Source: Lama glama | Lineage: Eukaryota | Reading direction: 5' to 3' | DNA length: 64,000 nucleotides | Assembly (NCBI GenBank): GCA_028534125.1 | Contig: CM052832.1 | Span: 13,580,001 to 13,644,000 of the forward strand | Part shown: positions 13,405 through 26,944 of the stretch, in pieces | Layout of the letters: every line of letters begins with the position of its first letter | Numbering within the stretch: position 1 is the first letter of the stretch | Made by a program: the position numbers and the translations under genes | Notes under the pieces: model-generated | The model's database searches: none | Told to the model about the DNA's origin: nothing | What the model saw: the letters and a program-made list of their open reading frames with translations, nothing else

Positions 13405-14500
13405 GATGCCATTGTTACTACACAGCAGCCATTCCCAGCCCACTTGTTCCTTGCCCACTTCCCTATAAAAGCAACTGAAAAGCAAGATACTTGGTTTCCC
13501 AGCCTCCCCAGCAGCTAGAAGCCATCATGAGATCCAGTTCTGGCCATGAGAAATAAGAGGGAATCTGCTGGGTGACTCCCAACAAAGATTTACCTCCTTG
13601 ATAAAAAGAGAAGGTACATAAGGAGAGTGCCTTTTGCCCCATCCCCCTTTCTTCCTGCTGGAGATGTTGTCCTAGGAGAACATGGAGGACAGAGCTATGG
13701 CAGCCATCTTGTACCCAATGCAGAAACATGGCAGACACACTGAGTGTGTTACCTATGGCTGTGTGAAAAATTACCTCAAAACTTAATTCCTTCAAATAAC
13801 AAATCTTTATGATGTTACACAATTTCTGAGGATTAGGAACCCAGAAATGGATTAGCTGTGGGGGTGGTGGGGGCAGTTCAGGCTCAGGTTTCTCATGAGG
13901 TTGCAGTCAAGCTGATAGCTAGGGTTGCAATCATCTCAAGGGTCACTGGGGTGGAAGAATCCACTTCCAAACACGCTCTCATGGTTGTTAGTAGGCATCA
14001 GTACTCAGCTGGCTATCGATAGAAAGCTTCAGTGCCTCAACACATGGGCCTCCCCACTGGGCTGCTCACAAGCTGCTAGCTTGCTTTTCCCAGAGTGAGA
14101 GATGCAAGGGAGTGAGAGACAGTAAGAGAGATAAACAGTGTGAACCTCAGATGGAAGCCATAGTCTTTTTATAACACTCTCAGAAACGATAGCATCCCTT
14201 CTGCCATGTTCACACCCCTCCCACATTTACCAGGGTTGGTCTGTGTGACCAGAAGGCGGGGATTATTAAGGGCTGATTTGGAGGCTTCTCTGAGGATAGC
14301 AGAAGAGAAAGAAAGAGACTGGGTCCTTGAGGAGATTGTTGAGTGACTGCACCAAACCCCAAACCATTTGTACACTTCCTGTCATATCAGATAATTGAAT
14401 GCCTTTATTGTTGAAGACACTGTGCATTTGATATTTGCTGCTAAAAACCTCCTGACTGATACAAGGACTATTAAACATTTCCAGTAAGATGCAGAAATAT
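13405..14500. mobile_element. Cluster of MLT1 (MaLR) LTR fragments
   Basis: tttcccagcctccccagcagctaga...agttctggccatgag, then antisense MLT-like ttacctcaaaactta...ctcatgaggttgcagtcaag, and a further antisense piece to ~14500. Confidence 0.65.
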
Positions 14501-15049
14501 TATCTTGAGAAGAACAAATTAAAAACATGCCCTTTGCTTTTAGTAAAAACAAAAGAAATACTTTACGATATAGACAGTTTGTTATTATAGTTGAAATAAT
14601 TCTGATTCATGAAAATTATGAAAATTTTAATCTGAAAATTTCAGAAAAACTTCATTATACCTTTCAGAAATTGTTTACCAACTACTACTTTTGTTAGAAT
14701 AAATAGAATTTTTTTAGAATATTCTAAAAATACTTAGAATAGAACAGAATATTCTTCCTTATTCCTCCTGAAAAACAAGTGGGGCTCTGCAAACTAATTG
14801 AACAGTCCTCTGAAATAGCACTTGCCTTTTAAGGTCTGTGACTTAAATTTTGAATACTTGATCAGCACATAGCTATATCCTCTGTGGGGTGCAAATGACT
14901 ACACCTTTCCTAAAAAAGTCAAAAATTAAAAAAAAAAAGACTTAAGGAGAAAAGAGAAAACTTGACACTGTTGAGATGGGGACAGAACTTATTGGCATCC
15001 TGTCATGTTGTTCTTTTATATGACCTTGGGGTCATTTATGTAGCCTAAA

Positions 15050-16620
15050 TCATATCTTCTTATCATTATGAAACAGCTCAAACATGAATTGAAGTATCAA
15101 AAAGAGAACAGCAAATGTCCATGTACCTACCAGGCAGACTGAACCAATCTTAACATTCCATCACATCTTGGACAAATATTTGTTTGGTTTTAAAGAAATG
15201 AAACATCACAGATAGAGGTGAAACCTCCTTTGAACTCTTTCCTAATTTTACCCCCACTCTCCCTCCCATGTTTTTATATTTTTATTATATGAATGTTTTA
15301 TAAACAATAGATAGCATTATTTTATAAATATTTAAAAATTTCACATAGGCAAACACATTGACCTATTCTGCAATTTGCTGTTTTCATCCAGCATTGGAAT
15401 ACATGGTTCTAGTCTTCTCCATGTTACTGCTTTTGGTAACTAATTCATATAGGATATGACCATGGGACAACATATCCATCAGTCTCTTGCTGATGGACAA
15501 TTCAGGTTGTTTCCAGTGTTTTACTATGCAGTGAGTACCCCTTTATACATCTTCCTTTACATCATATGGGAACTTCTCAGGTCACATAATGTGGGGGTAT
15601 CAATTGTATCTATGGGATTTTAGTTTATGGAAGTGACTGAATGAGGACATAAAGAGGCTAATGCCAATAAAAAAACTGTATTACTTACATCCTGGAGACA
15701 AGGGGCATGCCATGCCATGCAGGCCTACGTGGGGAAGCACCAGGCTTGGTTAGGAGGAAGATGAGGGGAAAGCATGACCCAGAAGCTTGGTTATGATTTC
15801 TGCAAGAAAGGCAAGGCAGGGCAGGAGAAACAGCTTAGGATTGGCTGGTTTAAAGTGCCAGCAGGCTCTGGACTATAGAAAATGGTCTCTAGGTGTCTAG
15901 TACCTAGCCCTGAGTGATTAGGGCAGAGAAATATGGCTTCCTGGAGTGTAAGAGCCAGACAGAGGAGGTTGTTCAGAGCATGGGCTCTGCATCAGTTACT
16001 TTGCTATGAAAGGGGTGCTTTCAGCCCTTTGCTATAGCTAAGAATTGGCTAGCCCTGGGAGGGGTGGTCTCTCCCAGCCAGGGAAGCCACAGGTGCCAAA
16101 GCATCGAGAATACACACAACAGGAAAATATAGGAAAACAGAGCACTTCTTCAATTTGACTAGGTGTTGCCAAATTGCTCTCTGGAGTGGTTGTGCCATTT
16201 TACACCCCCAGGCAATAAGAGATCTAACTGCTTCCCTTCTCTTGGTATTACCAGATTTTTAAAATGTTGCCAACCTGAGGGGTGTAAAATATGATCTTGT
16301 TTCACTGATATTTTCCTGATTATTTATGAAGCTAATTATCATCTCACACATTCATTGTCCTTCCAGGATCCTCCTCTCTGAATTGCTTGTTCTTAGCCTT
16401 TCCCCACTGGCGTGAGGGCAGGGTTTGCCTTTTGTTAATAATGTGTAAAAGTTCACACTAATATTAGCTCCACTGAATGCACTGTAAATATTCTCTCCCA
16501 GTTTGTGGCTTGTCTTTTAACTTTTTTATAATGTCTCTATAGTACAGAAGTTTAAAATTTTAATGTAGTAAAATGTATCATTCTTTTCCTTTATGGCTTA
16601 TGTCTTATGTCTTAAAGTCA
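15050..16620 (-). mobile_element. Old L1 (L1M-type) fragment split by an LTR
   Basis: Antisense L1 3' motifs: gctgatggacaattcaggttgtttccag and tgccaaattgctctctggagtggttgtgccattttacac. Boundaries approximate. Confidence 0.7.
15590..16140 (-). mobile_element. Old ERVL-type LTR nested in an L1
   Basis: Purine/GC-rich LTR-like block (ggggcatgccatgccatgc...ggggaagcaccagg...ttaggattggctgg) interrupts an antisense L1 between caggtcacataa and agcacttcttcaatttgactagg. Confidence 0.65.
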
Positions 16621-18831
16621 TAATGATGTCCTCTCATATAAAACAGAGTCTCAGTTATTTTAAATGATTAAACCATCAAGACTAAGCTATTCGTTCAGTC
16701 TATTGAAAAACTGTGATCTGGTGGGCAGTTTGGTGCCATCTCTTATAAAATAAATTCTTGTAGGAGTTTGTCCTGCAGAAATACTCACAGCAGGCCTCCC
16801 CCCCCCAAAAAATATATGTACAGGGTTATTAAATACAGCACCAATCATAATAGCAAAAATCTAGAAGTAACCTAAGTATCTATCAGGGGAAAGCTAGTTA
16901 AATTAATTACGGTGTATATATTAATTTACCATATAATGTAATTCTATGTAGCCACATAAAGGAATAAGAGAGAACTGGATGTGCTCATGTGGAAAGTTCT
17001 CCGAGCTATATTGGTAAATAGGAAAAATTAAAATTAAAGAAACAAAAACAAAAACAAAACAAGGATCCAAACCGTAAGTATAGTATGCTACCATTTATAT
17101 TGAAAAAGTGGGGAAAAAGATTCCCTATGTGTATGAATGTAAAATTTCAGAAACAAAATTACTGAGGGTGACCACTTCTGAGGAGGGGGACCAGGGTTTG
17201 AGGGTGGGAGGGAAACCCATTTTTCATTGCCAATCTCTTCTTCTGTTTTCAGTGTTACTCCCATTACAGTAAACAAAGAATTGTTGTAGGTGGTACCATT
17301 TGCTGTACGTCGCTATTTGTTTTGGCATTTGAAATATTCTGAGGTGAAGAGGGCCTTTCATTCCAATAGCTGAGAAGAAACCGAATTATCAGAAGTGGGG
17401 CAGGAGACTGGGCATCATCGGGGCGGTTTGATTACATGTGCTCTGCAGCTGGGTCTGAAGGCATACAGGACAGCGCTGGCAGCAACATGCTGGTTGATGA
17501 GATCCAGGCTTGCCTTTGCCGGGAGAGTAGGGAGTTATCTGAGAACCAAGAAGAAGTGGTTGGGAGAAGTAGGGAATGTGAAGTTGTCTGTGGGATGGGC
17601 GTAGGGTCAGGGGACAGAGGGAAGACGATAGAAGTTTGGGGTGGGTCTGAGCCAGTTAGATTCGCCCAGGTCCCTGCAGCCCCAAGACCAGCTGTCTGAG
17701 TCCTGCAGTCTGAGCTGCCACAGGCTCTGAGTCTCCTTGTACCATCTGGCTCCAGGGTAGGAAGAGGCTCTACACCTCCTCCCCCAGGGGAGGAGTAGGA
17801 CTCCCACCTTAAAGGTACTGACAAGCAATCCTTGGAAGAAATGCCAGGCTCAATCCAGGAAAATGCTCATTCAATGATTGAGAATTAAAGGCATCCTGAG
17901 TTTACCCTTATTGATATTTAAGAAAGGAAAGGGATTGGTTCAGCATCTGTAGAACAAAGACAAAATGTGCCCCAGGGTTGAGTACAACTACCTTTCTCAG
18001 GGCAGTACAGTGTAGCTGGTCAGGGAGCCGGGCTGTCTGGGTTCAAATCACAACTATGTTGATTTCAACTCTGGAAATTTACTTAACATCTCAGTGCCTT
18101 AGTTTTCTTATGTATAAAATGGGAAAATAATACTTAGAGAGTTGTCCTAGAGGACACTTCCTAGAGGGTTGTCCTGGCATATGGTAAGTACTTACAAAGT
18201 ACTTAATTCTTTATTTACTGTAACCTTTGTAAATTCATGGCAGCTGACACCCTGGGCAGTGACTTGGTCAGCACGTGGGGGTTGGATGTGTACCTGCGGT
18301 GGATGCACATTAGCCAGGCTCACAAGCCTGATGAATAAGCTGTAACCAACTAGTTCATTCACACCAGCCAGGCCAGTGCTTGTAGGTGGATCCATCATCA
18401 CCTTGCTCTTCTCTCCTCTACCCCTGTGGGAGCCCAGATTATACTCAGAGGCTCCTTGGGGGAATGGGGACACTTCTGTGTTCTCGTGTATTTCCCTGGT
18501 GGCTCCCACTGCTTGACTGTCAGCCCTGTAGGGGAAGGCACTTTGGTACCTAGGAGGATGGCAATTTATGATTGTCAAATAAATACATGTTGAATGACGA
18601 AGTGGTCATCATGTGTTCCTGGTCTTAATCAAACACTGGAAACAATCTAAATGCTCAACAACAGGGAGTTGTTATTAAACTGTGGCCCAGTCACCCCACA
18701 AAACCAGTCATTGAGAAGAATAATTATAGTGACCGTATAAAAAGATAGAGAAATGCTTGTAATGTAATCATAGAAAAAACAAAAGAAATCAAAATGGTCT
18801 GGGCATGATGTGGCTCAATCTTGATGAAATT

Positions 18832-18995
18832 TTTGTTTTGTTTCAAATTTTAAACTTAACTTTTTTTTTTAAATTTTTGAGGGGGAAAGTAGTTAGGTTT
18901 ACTTATTTACTTTTAGAGGAGGTACTTGGAATTGAACCTAGGACCTTGTGTGTGCTAAGCATGTGCTCTATCACTTGAGCTATACCCCCTCCCCC
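18832..18995 (-). mobile_element. tRNA-derived SINE (camelid Vic-type)
   Basis: Reverse complement reads gggggtatagctcaagtgatagagcacatgcttagc...ggttcaattcc...aagtaaacctaactac plus A tail. Partial TSD tgatgaaatt (18822-18831) / tgatgatatt (19001-19010). Confidence 0.85.
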
Positions 18996-19322
18996 TGTAC
19001 TGATGATATTCCGTCAAGTGAAAAAGCAAGATTCTGGAAAAGGAGTAGGATATGATGCCACTCATGTAAGAAAAGGGAGCAAAGAATATGACTTCACTTG
19101 CAGTTATAAGCACAAAATACCTTCGACTGGCACACAAGAGATTGAAAACATGGGGGCTTCTAGGGAGGGGATGGAAAGGTGAACAGCTGGGAACAAGTCA
19201 CTGACAACACTTTGTACCTTCTGAATGTTGAACCAGTTGAGCGTGTTTCTGATTCAAAAATCAAATAATTAAAAATATTTCCTGGTATGTAGCAAGGTAA
19301 AATAGATCAATGTATTTTTTCC

Positions 19323-19515
19323 TACTATATTCCTCAAGTCTAAGGCATAATTTTAATCCACATTTTATGGTTTCTGATATTGGAATATATCTCATAATCA
19401 ATGGCCATTCTTAATAGTTTCTTGTGGTGTTTTTTTTTTATCTCCTAAAAAGCTTTTACTAAATCAATGCTGAGTCTTAACATTGATAGTATTTTAGAAT
19501 CAAAGAAATATAGTA
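19323..19515. mobile_element. Tc1/mariner (Tigger/pogo-like) MITE
   Basis: Imperfect TIRs TACTATATTCCTCAAGTCTAA and the reverse complement TACTATATTTCTTTGATTCTAA, bounded by TA. Confidence 0.6.
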
Positions 19516-21115
19516 CATAAAAATGTGGCACCTGGAAAGGAACTGTACCAATAAAAACCATTGTGTGGTGGGATTATGGGGAAACTTCCTTTTCCAAAAT
19601 GGTCCTTACTGATACTTTTACATTATCTTTTCAATAGTTTTTAAAAGGCATACTTTAAACTTTTTTCAAGAGATAATAATTTTAGAAGGAGGCACCCCCC
19701 AGCACCGGGATGTACACAGCCTGCAAAGCAGCAAACCCATGAAAATCACGACTTCCTCAGCTTAGTTTAGTTTAAATAATTATCAGAGAAAAACGCTGGT
19801 CCTTAATTTTAGCTGTGGTTATAAGAAAAGATCCATTGGCCTTGGATTTCTCCTGAGAAACCTACCTTCTGGGAACAGTTTGTCAAACCCGAGACAAGGC
19901 TTACTTGGCCACCCGGGGTGTCTATTCCAGCAATCAGTTCAAACCTCAACTTTTCATCATATAACGTATGGGATATACTAACAACTGTCCAAACTGGTGA
20001 CTTGAAGTCTGTCAGGAATTGACTAGTAGAAAATTTCATGTTTACAAAGGGCTGAAAACCCTTATTACTCAAAGTGTGTTGTATGAACCAGCAGCAGCAT
20101 CTCATGCCCCAGACCTACTGAATCTTAAGATTCACATTTTTAACAAGACTCCCAAGTGATTCATATGCACATTAGAATTTGAGAACCACTGTAAACTATA
20201 AATTGCAACAAAGATGTTAGCTGCAGTATTATTAGTGAAAACAAAAGGCTAATAATAATTTCTTAATCTGTTTTCAGAGACCTTCATGTACATAATCACC
20301 TCATTTGGTTTTTACAGCAATACTGAGAGCTAGAGTTTTTAAATCTCTGTTTATAGAAGAGGAAATGAGATTCAGAGAAGTAACGTGAAACTTACTATAT
20401 TGAATTTTGATTAGTCCTATAGTTTGGGGAAAAGGTTGCCGGTTCATTGTTCAGGTACTCTTGTGGTTTTTCAGTGATGCAGTGATTTGCTGTCTAGCCA
20501 AACTGGGGGTGAGCCTCTGCTCATCCCTTTGAATATCATTTTCCAGTCTCTGCTAGGACTGTGCTCCTCTCTCCATGCCCAGGACTGTCCTGTCCCTCAG
20601 AAGGAGAGAGATGACAGTTCAGTTCACATGGCCAGCCCCTCACTGTCTGTTTATTTGGGGCCCAGAGTGGTCTCAGCCCATGTGTGTGTGCTGGGGTGAG
20701 CGTGGGGATGGTCTGAGGCCAAAGCTGAGGGTTAAGTAGACTCTATAGCCAGTATATTGGATTCCTGATCTGGGAAGCCAGATAGGTCCTTACATCAGCC
20801 CTGCAAGGACTTTTTAATTCTAACTCCAATTAGAATAGCCCATTCTATTCAGAGGATCAGGACCAAGATGAGATTAGGCTGTGATTGAAAATAGTTCAGG
20901 ATTAGTGAGAAAAGAACAGAAGCATTTATTTATCAAGAAACCTAATTATTATTTAAACCTAAGAGTTTATTGTTTAAAAAGCAATTCATCATGTTGGACT
21001 ATTTACTTTGCTACTTAATGGTTATTTTGTTTAGCTGTTTGATGAAGGGTTGGAGTTTTGTTTCTAGAAAAGACGAGGAAACATATTGCTTTCTAGCTCA
21101 ATTAATGATATTTAA

Positions 21116-21303
21116 GGGGAAAGTATAGCTCAGTGGTAGAGTGCATGCCTAGCCTGCACAAGGTCCTGGTTTCAATCCCCTGTACCTCCATTAAATAAGT
21201 AAATAAACCTAATTACCACCCCCCTCCAAGAAAAAACAAAGCACAAGTGGAGGTTTAAAAAAATTGTGAGATCTCTAAAAAAAAGAAAAAGAAACTAAAA
21301 AAA
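21116..21303 (+). mobile_element. tRNA-derived SINE (camelid Vic-type) with extended tail
   Basis: ggggaaagtatagctcagtggtagagtgcatgcctagc (A box)...ggtttcaatcccc (B box)...aaataaacctaattacc, then A-rich tail. Confidence 0.85.
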
Positions 21304-22319
21304 AAAGATACCTACGATTTAAGCCCTTTATTCAGATCATGTAAGTTCAGAACAGGAGCATGTTACCCTGACTCTAAGGAACTTAAGATGAAAAGGACAA
21401 TCCTGAGCGCTAAGCTTTCAAGGTGAAAACAGCCATAATACATACTAAGTTCTTCTTACGTCAGTGTGACATTTTTAATGTTAAACAAAATTCTCAAGTG
21501 CAATGATAGAACCGTTCTGGAAAGCAATTTGGCTATTTATCGAGAATAGTAGTAGTTGTGTCTTTGGTGAGGCTCACTGCTTTCAACATTTCTTTGAATG
21601 AGTTATTCCACTTCTGGAAATTTATCCTAAGGAACTAATCTAAGGCATAGGAAACACTCTAGCCAAAAAAGCTCGCCACAGCACGGTTTTAAATATTTGA
21701 ACATTGAAAAATGCAGAGTAGCTGAGAGTAAGGAAATAGTTAAATGACCTACAGTGTATCCACCTAATGATTTATTAAGTAGCCATATTTTAAATGATGC
21801 TTACATTTAAATTATATTTGGTATTGAACTGAACTGTCCCTCTATTGCCTTTGATCCAATATGTGGAAATGGCTGAAATAAAGTTAAAAATGAAACGTGT
21901 AAGGCAAAGACTATTTGTAAAGTACCAGCTATAAAACTTGGTCTAAGATATATTGGTAAGGGCCTGCCCAGACTATCATCGTCTTCTCTATTCATCCAAA
22001 CCCAAAGTCAGCCATCTGTCAAGTCCTGTGCTGACTCCTCAGCCCTCCCTCCTCACAATTCCTATGGTACACATCGGTCCTTGGCATAGGCTACCTTGTA
22101 CAGTTGGTGTTTTTAGTCAGTACGTGTCTCTCCCACTAGGATCCTTGACATCAGTGACTGGGTTTTAAACCTCTTTTATTCCACACAGCATGCAGCTCAA
22201 CCCTGCACCCAGTCAGTCACCAAGTCCCATTGATTTCACTTCCGAGATTTCCTCAACTCTATCCTTTCCTCTCTATCCTTTCACTAAGCCTCATCTCTCA
22301 CATGGATTCCTGCCACGTT

Positions 22320-23780
22320 GTAGCAATCAATGTTCTACCAGGGTGCTTCTGGCTGCGAGTAACAGAAAACTCAATTTGGAGTGATTTAAATAATGAGGAA
22401 AGTCTGTTCTTTTTGTTTGGGAGAAAAGCTCTTTCCAGAAAGCTCTTCAGAAGACTGTCCCTTGGGGTCCACTGGCCAGCACTGGGTCACATATCCATGG
22501 ATACTTGGAAAGCCATTGTCTGACAGTTTCCATCTCTATAGTGGGAGCAGGCTCTGCCAGCAGGAAGGAGAGAAAGGTGAAGGGGCAGTTTCTATTAGGC
22601 AACCACTAGTATCAGCCCCAAACTTCTGCCTTGGGTCTCCCCACCCCTCTAATCCATTCCCAACACTGCCATTATTTTTTCATTCATTCATTTAATTAAT
22701 GATTCATTCACCATACTAGTCAGGTTTGGCTGGTTTATGTTCTAGCAACAAACAGCATGGGGGAAGGGAGAACACAGAGATCACACGGCCTTTTACCTGC
22801 TTCCACCTGAAGGTGACCTATATTAAATCTGCTAGCATTTCATTGGCCAAAGCAAGACACATAGCCACACCTAACTTCGAAAAGGCATAGGAGTGAGATC
22901 ATCCTTCATGCTGGGTGAGCAGCAATAACAATTGCCAAATTTCAACAAATATTTATTGAGCATTAACTATATGCTAAGAGAAGTGCTACAGATGTATGGG
23001 TTAAAAAAAAACTGTTCTGAATGGATTTTCAGTCTAGAAGGAATTGTCTACCCTTCCTTTACGTGCTCAGGCTAACATTTAGAGATTTCAGTTGTACCAC
23101 CTCTTATATTTTTATTGCATTAAAAAAATAGTTTGGCTGTCTGCCTGCATAGGCTGTAAAACCTTAAAGATGTCTCATTCCTCCTTGTAAACCTCATAGC
23201 TAGAATTGTGTCTAGTACTTGTAGAAACTTAATAAATGTTTGTTGAATGATGTATGAGATAAGATGGGCTCAGCTACAGAACAGGAAGCCCAGATGACAG
23301 TGGCTTAAACAAACAGGGTTTGCATTTTAACATAGTGAGAAGTCTGATAGCAGCTGCTGGGGTTGGTTTCTCTGTTCAATGTCATCCGGGACCCAGGCTC
23401 TGTCCAGCCTTATACTGACATGTTTGGCTTCTTGGCTTTTCCTCCCTGTGATTATGTCTGTGATCATAAGATGTCTGCCACTGCTTCACATAATATATTT
23501 ATTTTTAAGGCAGAAAAAAGAAAAACAAAAAACCAGAAGGGGCAGCAGCAGGGAGCTCTCCTCTGGTGACTGCCCCTTATAGCAGGGAACAAAAGCTTCC
23601 CTAGAAGCCACCTGATAGCTTATCTCTCACGGTCAAAACATAGATCACACAGCTACCCCCCCCCCCCCCGCTTCCAGCAAGGCTAGAAGAGAGGATATCC
23701 AGATTTCCAGTCTCTGTGGTTGGAAATGGCTAAGAAGGGGCTGGGAACGGTTTGGGCAGCCAACCCAAAGTTTCACCACA
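22320..23780 (-). mobile_element. MLT1 (MaLR) fragments interleaved with L2 ends
   Basis: ttctggctgcgagtaacagaaaactc, tcattggccaaagcaagacacatagccacacctaac, cagtggcttaaacaaa. L2 tail ttaataaatgtttgttgaatga near 23230. Confidence 0.6.
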
Positions 23781-25265
23781 AATGAAGAATATATGTTCAA
23801 TAAATATTTATTGGTGGAAGTTCAGCGTTTTATGATCTGGTTCTTTACTGATTTTTAATAACATATAAAGAACTCTCATGACTACTGCATCTAACCAATG
23901 TTGGCTGCATCTTCTGCTCGTGCTGGGCACTATGGAATTTTCCCGTTCCATCTTTGCAACTCTGTGAAGCGGTATTATCAATCTGTTTTACATATGAAGA
24001 AACTGCATTACAGAGTACTTAAGCTGCTTGTCCAACATGTTCACTTACTACTTAGTAAATGATGACACAGGGGTTTGAACTCCAGTATCTGAGTCCAGAG
24101 CCCATGGTCCTACCCTAGAACTTGAGGTCTAGAGGGGAACAGAGAGCTCATCAGACACAAGCCCTTTATTTTCATGGTGCTGAGGCGCAGAATGGGAGAT
24201 AAACTGTTCAAGGTCACACAGCAAACTCAAGTCAGAGCCAGGCCCAAGACCCAGGAGTCCTGACTCCCAAGCCATGGTTCCTTCTATTAGATTGGGCTGC
24301 CGCTATTTAGAAACCTCACATTAGTTCACTGATCTTTAAAAAGACAAAAATGCTAAACTTGGGATCCTGTGGACAATTTAGTTTTAAAAAAATGCATCTG
24401 ACTTAAGAATAAGTTGTATCCTTTTTTGGAGTCAAAACTTAGTGATTAGTTGGTTCAAACTCTTTAACCCATCTCAGTGGAAAGTCTAGTCTGTACAGAA
24501 TTTTTCGGTTCTCAAGTGATAAGAAGAAGGAAAGAATGTAATGGTCAGAGCCTCAGCTGGGACTTACCGAGATTACTTCAGATTCCAAGCTCATGACCCA
24601 GAAATGCCTTATTTGTGGTGTTCAAACACATCCTGTATAACACAGCCTTGAGAAGCTTCTTGATAGAGTAAAACATGTGTATAGTTTGAATTCCACTTCT
24701 ACCACCGACTAGCTGTGGGACCCCATGGCCTAGGCCCATTGGGAGAACTGAGCGGAGCTGATGTACAGAAAGCACCTGGCACCAAGTGGGACTCTCGAGG
24801 CATCAGTTTCCCTTCCCCTGCCCTCTAGCACTTCCCCTTCGGACTTGGGGCTGAAATACCACCAGCACCCAATTTAGCAAGCAGTGCCTACCTTGTCACA
24901 CCACATCCTGTTTCAGAGGGTCAGAGTGCTTTTTGTTGACAGGACTCAAATCTTTCCGGGGAAAAAGTTTGCTTAAATTGAAAAGTCATTTCGGTATGGC
25001 ATTTAAGAACCGAGAGCATCAAGGTTATAAGCAGAGGCTCTTGAATCACACAGAGGCTCTGTCACTGCCTAACTACGTGTGTAGTTGTGTAACCTCCTGT
25101 GTCTCAGTTTCCTTCTCTGTACAATGGGGGTAAAACAGCACCTGCCTCAGGGGGCTGCTGTGGGGATCAGATGAGGGAATGTGTGTCCCACTGTAAGCCC
25201 ATCATACAGGTTGGCTGGAGACTCGCTAGATCCTTTAATCTGAGATAGGCTGGGACCTGGGACCC

Positions 25266-25710
25266 TTTACTGCAGTGCTTGCACCTGAATGTCTCCTCCA
25301 GCAATAGCATACAAAGAAACTATAAGGGAACTAAAACTACATGCATGAGCAGTCAGGGAAATTATGAACAATAATATAAAAAAAGGCCACGAGCCAACTG
25401 CCACTTCTGAGATGCCAGGAGCAAAAGCAGGGTGATCCCTGCACATGATCCCTACACACAGCACCACCAAGGGAGGGGGCAGATCACCTAAGTCGCCCCT
25501 CTGGCCTGACCCACTGATCCACCCCTACCCTCACCCTGTTTAAGGAACCAGCCCACCCGGCGGCTCAGGGAGCCAGCAAGGGAACCTGTTACTTGTTTTT
25601 GCTCCCTTGTGCTATAGCAGGAGTCCCAGTAAAGCCTTGCCTGAATTCCTAGCCTGGCCTCTTATAAATTTCTATTGATTAAAGAGCCCAGGGACCCAAA
25701 ATGGTGATAA
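25266..25710 (+). mobile_element. Solo ERV LTR
   Basis: LTR-like organisation (tttaagg TATA-like, agtaaagccttgcctgaattcct polyA/U5 segment) resembling cetartiodactyl ERV1 LTRs. Termini are degenerate and the TSD is unclear. Confidence 0.65.
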
Positions 25711-26944
25711 ATCTCTTCCACAGAGTTTTTCATGAGTATTCAGTGTGGGTTAGACAAAACATTTTCTCTGCTTCTTTCAAGCACAATCAGGCAAATGACA
25801 GCACATTAACAGTGGAGTGGGGCCGCATAGCAGGCAGCAGCAGAGTACCCAGGACTGCAGGGCAAGACGCCTGGGTTCGAGCTCTGGTTCTGCCACCAGC
25901 ACTCATGTGTCCTTCTGTTCTCTGGGCATCAATTCCCTGCTTGTAAATTCAGGGGTTGTGGGAGGTGACTGGTTAGGTCACTCCTGGCCTTAGATATCCG
26001 TGCTAATCACAGCCATCCAAATGTCTTCTCGGAAGCCTTAAGTAACCAAGAATGGTAGGAAATAATAGTTTAGTAAAGGTTCAGAATTCTGTAATTTGGG
26101 CTCGAGAATGAAGAACTCTTTCAAGATCTCCTCCCAGAACAAGAAGAGCCAATTAGAAAGGAATAGCAGCATTCTCCTTGGGCAAACTTAAGGAGTCTCT
26201 GGCTTGTCTTCCTCATCCTCTCATCCTGCCCCTCCACCTTCTCTGTCCCTACTTGGACACAACGTGATTTCCATCCTCCACTTTTCCCCCAGATACTACC
26301 ATAAACTAGCTCTCAGATCCTTCTCCACACGCTGAAAGAAATTCATTCAACAAACATGAACATTCACTGAATATGCCTGGGCAGTGCACCAGGCACCCTT
26401 CTGATGCTAGGACAGAGCAGGGGACCAAGGCACAGTACCTGCCCTCATGGGGCTGATGGTCTATGGGGGCAGACAGAAGCAAGAAAAGTAAACAAGTGAA
26501 ATAAAAGGTAGAGCAGGTGCAGTTGATGGAGAGCTGGATTTAACTGGGCTGTAGTTTTGCCGAGTATTATCTAGCAGACTCAAGGTATGGGAGTGGAGGG
26601 TGTAGACAAGAGAGGAGCTGTAATAACTAACCATGGAATTGAGGCAGGGAAAGGAGGGGAGGAGGGATTTGAAGGGGACAGTGAAAGGTGGTGAAGTCAG
26701 TGGGCTATGGGGCCCATGGGAGAAAAGGCTTGAAGAGAGGAGCTAGAAAGAGGTTTGAACGTGGGATCTTTTTGAGAGTCCAGGGCTTGAGTGTGGAGCT
26801 GAGAAGAGAGCCCACACTGGGGGAGGTCCCTGGGGAAAAGGAGGCTGAAGAACAGGGAGGCCAGAGCGTCAGTGGATCAGGCAAGTGGATGGTGAAAGCA
26901 CCAGGATGTTGGGATGAGTTGGGGAGAGCACAGTGAGCTGGGAA

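Noticed and set aside
21116..21190. tRNA gene
   Set aside because: A and B boxes are present, but the anticodon arm is degenerate and a SINE body and A tail follow; a second copy lies at 18832-18995.
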